From NCBI GenBank assembly GCA_964606695.1, contig CAZSHG010000007.1, positions 2,456-66,455 of the forward strand: a stretch of DNA of 64,000 bases, read 5' to 3'. A program made the position numbers and the translations under genes. The notes under the pieces are model-generated. The model did no database searches and was not told where the DNA came from. It was given only the letters and a program-made list of their open reading frames with translations. Origin of the DNA: an uncultured bacterium (lineage in GTDB: Bacteria; UBP14; UBA6098). Positions within the stretch are counted from its first letter, which is position 1; each line of letters opens with the position of its first letter. Below are positions 1 to 9,614 of this stretch, piece after piece.

Positions 1-103
1 TCCGGTCCAGATTCGAAAAGATATCAGGAGAAAACGCGCGGCAGGAGGGTATCGATATTGCGATGGAACTGTTGGGGCAAATCCGCCAGGTCTCGGACGG
101 AGT

Positions 104-769
104 GTGTTTCATGCCGCCATTCGGGAAATACGAAATAGTCGAGAAATTATTGAAATGAACCAGGTTATCCAGAAAGACGTCTTTATTCCGATTCGTAAGG
201 AATTCGTCCTGCGCCGTCTCGGTTATGGCAAATATCGCCCGGTGCCGGACGAAATTGAGAAGAGAGTTAAGGAGTCTATAAAAGAGGCCCGCGCCCTAAT
301 CGAGCCGAAGATCGCTTATGTAGATACCGGAATAGTCGGGAAAAAACCGTCGGAAGTCATTCTGGAGGGCGGTTTTTCTATCGTGAGCGAAGACATATCC
401 AGACTTCTGGCGAATTGTATCGAGGCCTGTGTTTTCGCGGGAACGATCGGCGATTATATAGAAGTAGAACTGGCCAAATTATGGGAGACGGATGCGCAAA
501 AGGCCTTGATATTGGATTCCATAGGTTCGGAGGCGGCGGAAGAATTGGCTCGCACTATCCACAAATGGAGTTCCTTCCGGGCGCGGCGATATGATATGGC
601 TGTTACGGCGCGTTTTTCCCCGGGTTACGGCGATTTCGGTTTGGAATATCAACCTAAAATCCTCGAATATACCAGGGCCGGCGAAATAGAGATGGAATCG
701 ACGGGAAAATTTTTACTCATGCCGCGTAAGTCGATTACCGGGATTATCGGGTTGTATTTGAGAAAATAG
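104..769 (+). CDS. Methionine synthase activation (AdoMet-binding, Met_synt_B12-like) domain protein; reading frame is open to the window start, so the true start is uncertain
   Basis: Translation resembles the C-terminal reactivation domain of MetH. It sits immediately upstream of a MetH core that lacks this domain. GTG at 104 is the longest-ORF start, and there is no stop upstream within the window. Confidence 0.55.
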   Translation: MFHAAIREIRNSREIIEMNQVIQKDVFIPIRKEFVLRRLGYGKYRPVPDEIEKRVKESIKEARALIEPKIAYVDTGIVGKKPSEVILEGGFSIVSEDISRLLANCIEACVFAGTIGDYIEVELAKLWETDAQKALILDSIGSEAAEELARTIHKWSSFRARRYDMAVTARFSPGYGDFGLEYQPKILEYTRAGEIEMESTGKFLLMPRKSITGIIGLYLRK

Positions 770-865
770 ACTATCGTTGTCGTCACTAATCTCTTGCAAA
801 ATTCTCAAAAGGCGAAATTAACCGCGCAATTCGGGATTTTTTCATTCTTCACGAATGGGGGCGTC

Positions 866-1122
866 GTGCGCGCGAGGCTTTTTGAATTAAGGTTTTATCC
901 TATAGGAAAATCTCTTATTTAGATATGTTTTCCCACTTTTTTTACAGTTGCCTCGCGCGCCTGGGCAAATCGGCAACTGCAAAATAAATTCCCATTCGTA
1001 AACCAAAAAATCTATTATGCGAATAATCGCAATACCCGGTATCCTTCAGCCGATTTGCCCGGCCTTCCCGCCGATAACGACCTTTACTGGACAGGGGAAT
1101 TTTTGCCGGCGGGAAGGCTCGA
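866..1122 (+). promoter_or_regulatory. Structured 5' leader upstream of metH; three consecutive long-range hairpins with 11 bp perfect stems
   Basis: Inverted repeats gcgcgcgaggc/gcctcgcgcgc (about 872/951), ggcaaatcggc/gccgatttgcc (about 964/1049) and ccttcccgccg/cggcgggaagg (about 1062/1107). They lie in a 375 nt gap before metH. Confidence 0.3.
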
Positions 1123-1242
1123 CGCCCCCACAGCGTTGAATGGATGGAGTTTCTCGAATATTGGTTGATAATTTCAAAACAAAAGAGTATCGGGCGCTTA
1201 TTTCTTGACTCTACGGCGACTTTTGACTATTTTCGGAGGGCT

Positions 1243-3615
1243 ATGAGAGACGTTCGAGTTTACATATCGGAAAATGTGCTGGTTTTAGACGGCGGTATCG
1301 GGACGATGCTGTGGGCGGCGGGTATGCCACGCAGTGAATCGCCCGAGGCCTGGATGTTGAGAAATCCCTCTGCGGTGCGCGCCGTGCATGAGGATTACGC
1401 ACGTGCCGGAGCGGATATTTTAACCACGAATACCTTCGGCGCGTCGAGGATCAGATTGCGCGAATTCGGTATCGAAGATAGGGTCGGCGAGATATGCGAA
1501 TTGGCGGTCAAGCTGGCTAAAGACGTCGGGGGAGAGGCATTAGTAGCGGGTTCGATAGGGCCACTGGGGGAACTTCTGCCTCCCTTTGGAGAGATCGATC
1601 CGAAAGAGGCCTACGACGCTTTCCGCGAACAGGCTATTGCGCTGGAAAAATCCGGTGCGGATTTGATTATTATCGAAACTATGACCGACCTCCGCGAAGC
1701 GCAAATTACACTGCGAGCGGCGAAGAGCGCAGTTAGAATTCCTATATTAATAAACCTTGCGTTCGACGATGGATATCGAACTGTAACCGGAACTCCTCCC
1801 GATGTCGGCGCGGTTGCGTTGGGCAAGATGCGTCCAGATGCAGTAGGCACGAACTGTGGCGGAGCGCCGGAAGAGATGGTCGATAACGTTCGGAAGATTA
1901 AACGATACTGGCGTGGTGCTCTGGTAGCCGAACCCAACGCGGGGATACCTGTAACGAAAAATGGCGAAACGACATGGCCGGGCACGCCTGAGGAGTTGGC
2001 CGAAATCACCATGGAAATACACTCCGCGGGCGCGAATTTAATTGGTTCCTGTTGCGGAAGCACACCCGATTTCACTTCGGCGATTGCGAAGGCTTTGAAG
2101 GATTCGAAACCAGTTTATTTTGGTTTACCGGACACTCTGCAAATAGCCAGCAGGACTACTCTTATGGAGATCGGCGATGAATTGCCCATAAGACTCGTCG
2201 GTGAGCGTATAAATCCCGCGGGACGGGCGAAGTTGCGAGCGGAGATGGCCGCAGGTAAGATGTCGCGCGTGCGCAGAGAAGCGCTCTCGCAGGTGCAAGC
2301 GGGCGCGGATATCCTCGATGTCAACGCGTCTATACCCGACGCCGACGAGGGCGAGATATTATCGAATGCTATAAAAGCTATAGCCTCGGCTTGCGACGCG
2401 CCGATATTCATCGATACGTCCGATTTAAAGGCCCTGAAACAAGCTCTCGATAATTGCGTCGGAAGCCCGGTTATTAATTCAATAACTGCGAATGAAGCAG
2501 ACTTGAGCGATAAACTTCCCCTCGCAGGGCAATTCGGCACTGCAATAGTGGCGCTTCCACTGGACGAAAGCGGCATTCCCAAAAAACCTTCCGAAAGAGT
2601 GCGGCTGGTCGAAAAAATAGCCGGTAAAGCGCGTGAATACGGCTTCGGGAAGCGCGATATCCTCGCAGATCCGATAGTCCTATCTGCGGCTTCCGGTGAG
2701 AACGTAGCGGAGATAAGCATCGCAACGGCTACATTGCTGAAACAGCGTGGCTTTTTTAACGTGTGTGGCCTGTCGAATATTTCGCATGGCATGCCCAATC
2801 GGGGGGCTATCAACGCGGCATTCCTGGCGAAAATCGCGCCCTATCTGGACGCCGTTATCGTCGACCCGAAGGATAATCGCATAATCGAAACCCTCTATGC
2901 GATGCAATTCCTGTCGAACAGAGATTATAAAGGCAAAAGGTTCGTCGAGTTATTTTCAGCCAAAACCGAAGCGTCGGAAGAAATCGAGGGCGCTGTGTCA
3001 TTGCGCGAGGAAATAATCGCGGGTAACACCGAGGCCGCGCGAGAATTGGCCCTGAAAGCGCTTAATAATTCGGAACCGCTGGATATAATAAATAACGAAA
3101 TCGTGCCGGCGCTGACCGAAATCGGGGAACGATACGAACAAAAACAGGCGTTTCTGCCGCAAATAATCGGTTCAGGCGACTCCGCAAAGGCCGCTATCGC
3201 CGTCCTCAAGGACAAATTGCTCGAAACCGGCCAACGTGAGAGCGCGGGAAAAATCCTTCTGGCCACGGTCGAGGGAGACATTCACGATATCGGGAAAAAC
3301 CTGGTAGCCACACTGCTTTCCGCGCACGGATTCGAGATCATCGATTTGGGCAAATCGGTCAAAACGTATGCAATATTAAAGGCAATCGAAAGCGAAAAAC
3401 CCGACGCGATAGGCCTTTCCGCGCTGATGACAACTACACTCCTCGCGATGGAAAAGGCGGTCGTATCGATTAAAAAGAAATATCCTGAACTACGTGTAAT
3501 TATCGGTGGAGCCTCTGTCAGCACCGAATTTGCCGATAGAATCGGCGCGGACGGTTACGCGAACAACGCAATATCGGCGGTCAGGCAATTCAAAAAGGCA
3601 TTGAAAGTGAAGTAG
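1243..3615 (+). CDS. metH: Cobalamin-dependent methionine synthase core (Hcy S-methyltransferase + pterin-binding + B12-binding domains), lacking the activation domain
   Basis: VLDGGIGTML Hcy-binding motif, a pterin-binding DILDVNAS region, and the B12-binding DxHxxG motif (DIHDIGKN). A GGAGGG RBS precedes the ATG at 1243; the ORF-track start at 1144 is likely an N-terminal over-extension. Confidence 0.85.
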   Translation: MRDVRVYISENVLVLDGGIGTMLWAAGMPRSESPEAWMLRNPSAVRAVHEDYARAGADILTTNTFGASRIRLREFGIEDRVGEICELAVKLAKDVGGEALVAGSIGPLGELLPPFGEIDPKEAYDAFREQAIALEKSGADLIIIETMTDLREAQITLRAAKSAVRIPILINLAFDDGYRTVTGTPPDVGAVALGKMRPDAVGTNCGGAPEEMVDNVRKIKRYWRGALVAEPNAGIPVTKNGETTWPGTPEELAEITMEIHSAGANLIGSCCGSTPDFTSAIAKALKDSKPVYFGLPDTLQIASRTTLMEIGDELPIRLVGERINPAGRAKLRAEMAAGKMSRVRREALSQVQAGADILDVNASIPDADEGEILSNAIKAIASACDAPIFIDTSDLKALKQALDNCVGSPVINSITANEADLSDKLPLAGQFGTAIVALPLDESGIPKKPSERVRLVEKIAGKAREYGFGKRDILADPIVLSAASGENVAEISIATATLLKQRGFFNVCGLSNISHGMPNRGAINAAFLAKIAPYLDAVIVDPKDNRIIETLYAMQFLSNRDYKGKRFVELFSAKTEASEEIEGAVSLREEIIAGNTEAARELALKALNNSEPLDIINNEIVPALTEIGERYEQKQAFLPQIIGSGDSAKAAIAVLKDKLLETGQRESAGKILLATVEGDIHDIGKNLVATLLSAHGFEIIDLGKSVKTYAILKAIESEKPDAIGLSALMTTTLLAMEKAVVSIKKKYPELRVIIGGASVSTEFADRIGADGYANNAISAVRQFKKALKVK

Positions 3616-3620
3616 GCGAA

Positions 3621-4400
3621 ATGGCAAGAACATCTGACAAGGAACATTGGGAAAAGCTCTGGAAAAAACGCGACGTCAAGGCGATGTATGACAATTCCGG
3701 GCGGATATTGGCCGCGGTAAGGCGTTTCTGGGACGACGACCTGGAGGGCAAACGCGTGCTGGAAGTCGGCGCGGGAAGCGGGCGTGACAGTTTCGATCTG
3801 TCGGCGCTTGGCGCGGAGGTTTACACACTGGATTATGCGCCGTCGTCGCTGAAACTTATCCAGAATATCAACCAGGAATCGCGCGCAAAAACAATCCCGG
3901 TAGGGGGCGACGCCTTCGCTCTACCTTTCGACGACAACACCTTCGACCTGGTTTTCCATCAGGGACTAATCGAACATTTCCGCGAGGAGGAGGGGATTAT
4001 CGAGGAGAACGCGCGCGTGCTCAAACCGGGAGGTTACGTCATAATCGACGTCCCGCAAACGTTCCACATATACACGGTCATTAAAAAGTCCCTGATAGCC
4101 ATAAACAAATGGTTTGCAGGATGGGAGAAACAGTTCACACTCCGGCAATTAGAGGATAAAATCCGTAAATACGATCTCGAACCGGCGGATTTTTACGCCG
4201 AGTGGATGTATCCCAGCCTGTTTTACAGGATGGCGCGCGAGGCGCTCTGGCCAATTGGTATCCATCTGCCCCTGGTGCCATTTAAAATACCGGGATTTCA
4301 TCAATTACGACGCGTGCTGAAAAACTCATTCAAACACTTTCGTCCGCTGACATATACCGGAATTTCGGTCGGTCTGGTGGGAAGGAAACCTGAAATTTGA
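3621..4400 (+). CDS. Class I SAM-dependent methyltransferase
   Basis: VLEVGAGSGRD glycine-rich SAM motif and a Methyltransf_11-like fold. Its stop overlaps the next gene by 4 nt. Confidence 0.7.
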   Translation: MARTSDKEHWEKLWKKRDVKAMYDNSGRILAAVRRFWDDDLEGKRVLEVGAGSGRDSFDLSALGAEVYTLDYAPSSLKLIQNINQESRAKTIPVGGDAFALPFDDNTFDLVFHQGLIEHFREEEGIIEENARVLKPGGYVIIDVPQTFHIYTVIKKSLIAINKWFAGWEKQFTLRQLEDKIRKYDLEPADFYAEWMYPSLFYRMAREALWPIGIHLPLVPFKIPGFHQLRRVLKNSFKHFRPLTYTGISVGLVGRKPEI

Positions 4401-5467
4401 CAGAGGCGAATCGAATAAGGAAAGCTATCGAGACTGCGGTTGCGCGAGTGCCCAATGGCGAAAATTGGCAGATTATGGAGGTCTGCGGGACGCACACCAT
4501 GTCTATCGCCAGGATGGGTATCCGGGAACTACTGAGCGACAAAATCCGGTTGGTATCCGGGCCGGGATGTCCCGTTTGTGTTACATCGGACGGCGATTTG
4601 ATGAAAGCTATTGCACTCGCCGAAATCCCGGAAGTGATAGTAACCACATTCGGCGATATGGTGCGCGTGCCCGTCGGCGGAAAGAGCCTATTCGATTCCA
4701 AAGCCGACGGTGCGGACGTGCGAATAGTATATTCGCCCGATGACGCGCTGAAAATCGCACAGGATAATCCCGGCAACGAAGTCGTGTTCCTCGCTGTTGG
4801 ATTCGAGACAACAATCCCCGCAATAGGGGCGTCGATTATCGAAGCAAAGGATATGGGACTTAAGAATTATTCAATCCTGCCGATGATGAAATTAGTTCCC
4901 CCCGCATTGCGTATCCTCTGCGAACACCCGGAACTCGCTATAGACGGTTTCGTCCTGCCCGGCCACGTTTCCACGATAATTGGAACTTCGCCATATCGAT
5001 TCGTCGCCGATGAATTCAACATCCCCGGCGTGATAACCGGTTTCACTGTGAGAGATATCGCCGACGGCCTTCTGATACTCACAAAACTGATTTCAAAGGG
5101 CGAAGCGAAAATTATAAACTCGTATAATCGCGCCGTCTCCGATAGCGGTAACGAATCCGCGCGCAGGCTGATAAACATTGTTTTCGAGCTGGATAACGCT
5201 CAATGGCGCGGAATCGGGCAAATTCCCAATAGCGGATTGAAACTCCGCGAGAAATACAATAAATACGATACGCGCTATAGATTCGAGCTCCTGCAAACTG
5301 AACCGTGTTCAAATCCTCTCTGCCGATGCGGCGAGGTTATCCTGGGGAAAATCCTCCCCACCGAGTGCCCTCAATTCGCCGAAGTCTGTTCTCCCGAAAA
5401 CCCGCTCGGCCCCTGTATGGTATCCTCCGAGGGCGCGTGTGCGGCATATTATAAGTATCGGACCTAA
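4397..5467 (+). CDS. hypD: [NiFe]-hydrogenase maturation factor HypD
   Basis: Conserved MEVCGTHT and GPGCPVCV motifs plus the C-terminal CxxC...CxxC cluster typical of HypD. Confidence 0.8.
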   Translation: MTEANRIRKAIETAVARVPNGENWQIMEVCGTHTMSIARMGIRELLSDKIRLVSGPGCPVCVTSDGDLMKAIALAEIPEVIVTTFGDMVRVPVGGKSLFDSKADGADVRIVYSPDDALKIAQDNPGNEVVFLAVGFETTIPAIGASIIEAKDMGLKNYSILPMMKLVPPALRILCEHPELAIDGFVLPGHVSTIIGTSPYRFVADEFNIPGVITGFTVRDIADGLLILTKLISKGEAKIINSYNRAVSDSGNESARRLINIVFELDNAQWRGIGQIPNSGLKLREKYNKYDTRYRFELLQTEPCSNPLCRCGEVILGKILPTECPQFAEVCSPENPLGPCMVSSEGACAAYYKYRT

Positions 5468-5521
5468 AAAACAGATAGAACTTGACAAAACGCCCTCCCG
5501 CGTCTATTATATGCCGTCCAC

Positions 5522-5594
5522 GAGGGTGTAGCTCAGGTGGTAGAGCACCGGCCTTTTAAGCCGGGTGTCGTGGGTTCGAATCCCCCCACCCTCA
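5522..5594 (+). tRNA. tRNA-Lys (anticodon TTT)
   Basis: Manual cloverleaf: acceptor GAGGGTG/CACCCTC, anticodon stem CCGGC/GCCGG, loop CTTTTAA. Confidence 0.8.
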
Positions 5595-5692
5595 TTTTTA
5601 TCACATTTAACGGCGGGAATTTATCCCGATGTTTTAACTTTTGGGAAATAACGCCGAAATACCCTGAAAAAGAATGTTTATTGAGAGAGTAA

Positions 5693-5772
5693 TCGTTGGC
5701 GCGATATGCGCGTGCGAGAAAATGTGAGAGCTAAAACCTAATCGCACGTAGCGCATAGCGTGCCAACGGTGG
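5693..5772. repeat. Long imperfect hairpin (about 24 bp arms) in the spacer between tRNA-Lys and tRNA-Leu
   Basis: cgttggcgcgatatgcgcgtgcgag ... tcgcacgtagcgcatagcgtgccaacgg; the arms are near-perfect reverse complements with a loop of about 22 nt. Confidence 0.35.
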
Positions 5773-5864
5773 GATTTGCAGTGGTGACATTGATAGAAGT
5801 ATTTTGATTTTTGCGAAAAAAAGCTTGCCCTCGGCGGATTAAATTTACAAATTGTAACCGGTGT

Positions 5865-5951
5865 GCCGGAGTGGCGGAATAGGCAGACGCAAGGGACTTA
5901 AAATCCCTCGTCCCTCGGGACGTGCCGGTTCAAGTCCGGCCTCCGGCACCA
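5865..5951 (+). tRNA. tRNA-Leu (anticodon TAA), long variable arm, CCA encoded
   Basis: Acceptor GCCGGAG/CTCCGGC, anticodon stem AGGGA/TCCCT, loop CTTAAAA. It overlaps the spurious N-terminal extension of ORF 5861. Confidence 0.85.
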
Positions 5952-5983
5952 TTAAAAAGAGATTATTAAATAAGGGAGTGATT

Positions 5984-6904
5984 ATGAAACGCGATTTTCT
6001 AAGCATCGACGACCTCACTTCACAGGAAGTCAAAGATGTCCTGGCAGGCGCGAAGGTCTTAAAACATCTTAGCAAATGGGACGACGATCCACAACCGCTT
6101 GAAGGCAAAGCGGTGGCGACGATATTCCGTAAAAAAAGCCTGCGCACAAGGTTGAGTTTTGAAATAGGAATATACCAGCTCGGTGGTCATCCGGTTTATA
6201 TAACCGACGCCGAAATAGGTATAGGCAAGCGCGAGAGTGTCCATGATATCGCCAAAGTGATGTCGCGATACGTCGATATGATAGTAATTCGAACTTTCGA
6301 ACAATCCGAGGTCGAGGAAATCGCCGAACACGCAAGCGTCCCCGTGATTAACGCCCTCACAAACCTGACTCATCCCTGCCAGATTATGGGCGACGCGCTG
6401 ACAATCATGGAAAACAAAGGTTACATCGATGAAATCAGCATCGCTTACGTAGGGGACGGCAATAATATCGCCAATAGCTGGCTTAATCTCGCCAGGAAAG
6501 TAACAATCGATCTGAGAATAGGCACTGCAAGCGATTGCCAGCCGGACACCGAAATATTAAACAACGCGATTGCCGCGGACGTTAGCAAAATTACCCTGAC
6601 CGACGATCCAATAGAAGCGGTAACCGACGCGGACGTAATTTATACAGACGTTTGGGCAAGCATGGGCGAAAAGGATAAAGCTGACGAAAAAGCCGAAAAA
6701 CTCAAAGCTTTTCAGGTCAACGATAGACTTCTATCGCACGCTAAATCGGACGTTATCGTCGAACATTGCCTTCCCGCAGAACGGGGCAAAGAAATCACGG
6801 ACGATGTAATGGACGGCCCTCACAGCGTCGTGTTCGACGAAGCTGAAAACAGATTGCATATCCAGAAAGCGATAATGCTATTTCTCACCAAAGGGCTCCT
6901 GTAG
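5984..6904 (+). CDS. argF: Ornithine carbamoyltransferase
   Basis: SLRTRLSFE (STRTR carbamoyl-phosphate motif) and HPCQ motif. AAGGGAG RBS before the ATG at 5984. Confidence 0.85.
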   Translation: MKRDFLSIDDLTSQEVKDVLAGAKVLKHLSKWDDDPQPLEGKAVATIFRKKSLRTRLSFEIGIYQLGGHPVYITDAEIGIGKRESVHDIAKVMSRYVDMIVIRTFEQSEVEEIAEHASVPVINALTNLTHPCQIMGDALTIMENKGYIDEISIAYVGDGNNIANSWLNLARKVTIDLRIGTASDCQPDTEILNNAIAADVSKITLTDDPIEAVTDADVIYTDVWASMGEKDKADEKAEKLKAFQVNDRLLSHAKSDVIVEHCLPAERGKEITDDVMDGPHSVVFDEAENRLHIQKAIMLFLTKGLL

Positions 6905-6911
6905 AAAAAGC

Positions 6912-6946
6912 AACCCGCCTTCCATTGCGGAAGGCGGGCTTTTTTA
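6912..6946. terminator. Bidirectional rho-independent terminator between convergent argF and cooS
   Basis: cccgccttcc-attgc-ggaaggcggg hairpin followed by a tttttt run. Confidence 0.6.
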
Positions 6947-6965
6947 GGATTAGTTTGAGGAGCAA

Positions 6966-8867
6966 CTAAATCCCGAGTTTCTCTCTCTTAGATTCTATGT
7001 GCGCGAGGATATTATCCGCGGCTTTGCCTGCGTCCGTTTCGATGTCCAGTTTACCACCGGTTATACCTTCGATGTCCTCGGTTAGCAGTTTTACGAGATT
7101 CGGACCGCCCGTAACCGGCGGAACGGGATTGACATAAGTATATAATCCAAACGCCAGCGCGAAAATGGCATCGACGGTAGCTTTCTGTTCCATATACTCG
7201 GGGGCGGCGGCGGCCACGGGAAGATCCGGAATCGGGACTCCGCCCAGCGCAGAAGAGACCGCGAAAATCAAATCTGCTACTCGACCGGTGTCGGTGCATG
7301 TGCCGTAACTCAATACCGGCGGTGTTCCAAGTGCTTCGCAAACGGATTTCAAACCCGGTCCGGCGAGGTCTTTAGCCTTAGGATGGCATAACCCCGCGAC
7401 CTGAACCGCCGCGTTGCCGCATCCCATCGATAGGACGAGTATGTCGCGTTTGATAAGTGCAGTTACCACATCGACGGTGTGAATATCCTGGCCGGTGTCT
7501 CGAAGCGTCGTGCATGACACCATGCCAACGATACCGCGTATTTTACCGCCCTTGACCGCATCCAGCAAAGGATCGAGAGACCCACCGAGTGCGTCAACGA
7601 TACTCTCGGTCGAGAAACCCACTATCGCTTCTCCCATCGGGAAGCCGGTTATCGGTTCTATCTTCCCGTGTCTTTTCGGGAAATTATCGATTGCCATTTG
7701 CAGTAATTTTTCGGCCTGTTCGCGAGCTTCTTCGGGGATATAGTCCAATCTGTCTTCGATTCCCTCGAAAGCTACTACATCGCTCACCGGCATTAGTTTG
7801 AAATTATACTTTTCCGCATAAATCGGGTCGATTGGCATCGAGCAGTTCATGTCCGCGACGAACAAATCGACACAGCCGCTGGCCAGAATGGCCTCCTGCA
7901 TAATCCAGTTGCCCGTGTAGCCGAAGAAAACGTCGTCCATCTCCCATCGCTGGATCATCTCCTGGCCGGTCTCGATATTGGCGATAATTCGCAATCCCTT
8001 CGCTCCGGCGGATTTGGCTTTGTCCTGCCATTCCTTCTTGCGAGCTTCCTGAACCAGAGCGAAACCCAGGAAAGGTTCGTGGCCGTTAGGCAGAATATTG
8101 ATATAATCCGGATCGAGGACGCCCAGGTCGGTGCGCATCTCGTGCGGGCGTGGGATTCCGAAAAGTATATCCTGGCAGAACTCGTTTATTATCTGGCTCT
8201 GATAGGCCATGGCGATACCGAGACGCATAGCCTTCATCGCAAGGCTGGCGTAGTAGCCATCGACATTGGTGAGACAGGAACTGGTCGCTAACATCATCTC
8301 GCCGTGGACGCCACCGGGAAAGATACCAAGCTCGCGCCACTTCTCCTTGCGGTCGGGCGGGGCGAGTTTCTCGACTATTTCGCTCTCTATCTGATGGCTA
8401 AGATTGAAATCCTCCGTGACGAAATCGCACAGTTTCAACGCAACGTCTGCGTGATCTCCGGAGGAATCGAGCCCGAGCCTTTCCGAAAACGTCCGGAGTT
8501 TATCGACCTCGACAATTTCATACGGTGTTTTGCCCTTTGCCGTCGCACGGAGTGTTTTGATCGTCTGTTCGGTGTGATATTGATATGTGGATGCGCCCAT
8601 CACATTGCGCAGTAGCATCATTCGCATGGCCATGCCGTCGGCGGTGATTCCGCAAACGCCCCGTTTGTCTTTGGACGCGTCCGAGCGACAGGGACCGTTA
8701 GAACATAGGTCGCATCGTGTGCCAGCCATGCAGAAGGGGCACCGCTTGTCCGGGGCGCCGAAACCCTGAGCCTCGAACCTGTCCCAGATATTGGTCATGC
8801 CGTCGCGCTGAATGCGTTCGTAGGCTTTTAACACGCTTTCGTGTTGTGAAATCCTTTCCTTTTCCAT
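6966..8867 (-). CDS. cooS: Anaerobic Ni-dependent carbon monoxide dehydrogenase catalytic subunit
   Basis: 633 aa. N-terminal CPFCMAGTRCDLCSNGPCR cluster motif; N-terminus aligns to CODH-II (TVWDRYEA vs TNIWDRFEA). Strong GGGAGG RBS before the ATG at 8867. Confidence 0.85.
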   Translation of the reverse strand: MEKERISQHESVLKAYERIQRDGMTNIWDRFEAQGFGAPDKRCPFCMAGTRCDLCSNGPCRSDASKDKRGVCGITADGMAMRMMLLRNVMGASTYQYHTEQTIKTLRATAKGKTPYEIVEVDKLRTFSERLGLDSSGDHADVALKLCDFVTEDFNLSHQIESEIVEKLAPPDRKEKWRELGIFPGGVHGEMMLATSSCLTNVDGYYASLAMKAMRLGIAMAYQSQIINEFCQDILFGIPRPHEMRTDLGVLDPDYINILPNGHEPFLGFALVQEARKKEWQDKAKSAGAKGLRIIANIETGQEMIQRWEMDDVFFGYTGNWIMQEAILASGCVDLFVADMNCSMPIDPIYAEKYNFKLMPVSDVVAFEGIEDRLDYIPEEAREQAEKLLQMAIDNFPKRHGKIEPITGFPMGEAIVGFSTESIVDALGGSLDPLLDAVKGGKIRGIVGMVSCTTLRDTGQDIHTVDVVTALIKRDILVLSMGCGNAAVQVAGLCHPKAKDLAGPGLKSVCEALGTPPVLSYGTCTDTGRVADLIFAVSSALGGVPIPDLPVAAAAPEYMEQKATVDAIFALAFGLYTYVNPVPPVTGGPNLVKLLTEDIEGITGGKLDIETDAGKAADNILAHIESKREKLGI

Positions 8868-9600
8868 GTTCCTCCCTAATTGAGTTTGTTTTTCGATAGA
8901 AATCCCCGCGGATACCGATTACAACCTCTCTGACGGGGATTTCGATGTCCAATTCGGAAACCGCATATCTCGCAATTTGCGTCATCCCGCCGCAACAGGG
9001 CACCTCCATACGCACAACTGTAAGGCTTTTCGGCTGAGCCGTCTTTAACATCTCTGCAATCTTATCGCCGTAAAACTGTGCGTCATCCAGCTTCGGCCAT
9101 CCGATTATCACCGGGGCCTTTTCCAGAAATTTCCGGTGGAAATCGGCATAGGCGAACGGGACGCAATCCGCGACGAGGAGAATGTCGGTATTATGTAACC
9201 ACGGAGCATTCGGCGGCACAAGCTTGATTTGCACCGGCCAGTTGCGCAGTCTCGAACTTATCGATTCCGGTTCGCTTATAGAACTGGTTTCTCCGGGAGT
9301 GTCGTGGTGTAAATCCATTAATCTCGAACCGGGGCAGGCGCAGGTTTCAGCGACCTGCCCTTTCTTTTCTACGCTTTTCTTAACCACTGTTTCGTCGTAA
9401 GCTTCGGCCTCGCGTTCGATTATGGTAATCGCGCCTTGCGGGCATTCACCGATACAATCGCCAAGGCCGTCGCAATAAATATCGCTGACCAGCTTCGCTT
9501 TGCCATCGACCATCCGGATCGCTCCCTCGTGGCAAACGTCGGCGCAGATACCGCAACCGTCGCAGAGTTCCTCGTCAATTTCGATTATATTCCTTTTCAT
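8698..9600 (-). CDS. 2x[4Fe-4S] ferredoxin-domain protein with an uncharacterised Cys-containing C-terminal domain; the 3' 170 nt overlap cooS
   Basis: N-terminal CDGCGICADVC and CDGLGDCIGECP motifs; C-terminal CCGG motif. The last ~56 aa (Arg-rich, low complexity) lie over the cooS start. Confidence 0.55.
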   Translation of the reverse strand: MKRNIIEIDEELCDGCGICADVCHEGAIRMVDGKAKLVSDIYCDGLGDCIGECPQGAITIIEREAEAYDETVVKKSVEKKGQVAETCACPGSRLMDLHHDTPGETSSISEPESISSRLRNWPVQIKLVPPNAPWLHNTDILLVADCVPFAYADFHRKFLEKAPVIIGWPKLDDAQFYGDKIAEMLKTAQPKSLTVVRMEVPCCGGMTQIARYAVSELDIEIPVREVVIGIRGDFYRKTNSIREEHGKGKDFTTRKRVKSLRTHSARRHDQYLGQVRGSGFRRPGQAVPLLHGWHTMRPMF

Positions 9601-9614
9601 CTTTACCTTTTCAG

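Noticed and set aside
5861-5983. N-terminal extension of the argF ORF (start at 5861)
   Set aside because: The extension reads through tRNA-Leu. The ATG at 5984 with an AAGGGAG RBS gives a canonical OTC N-terminus.
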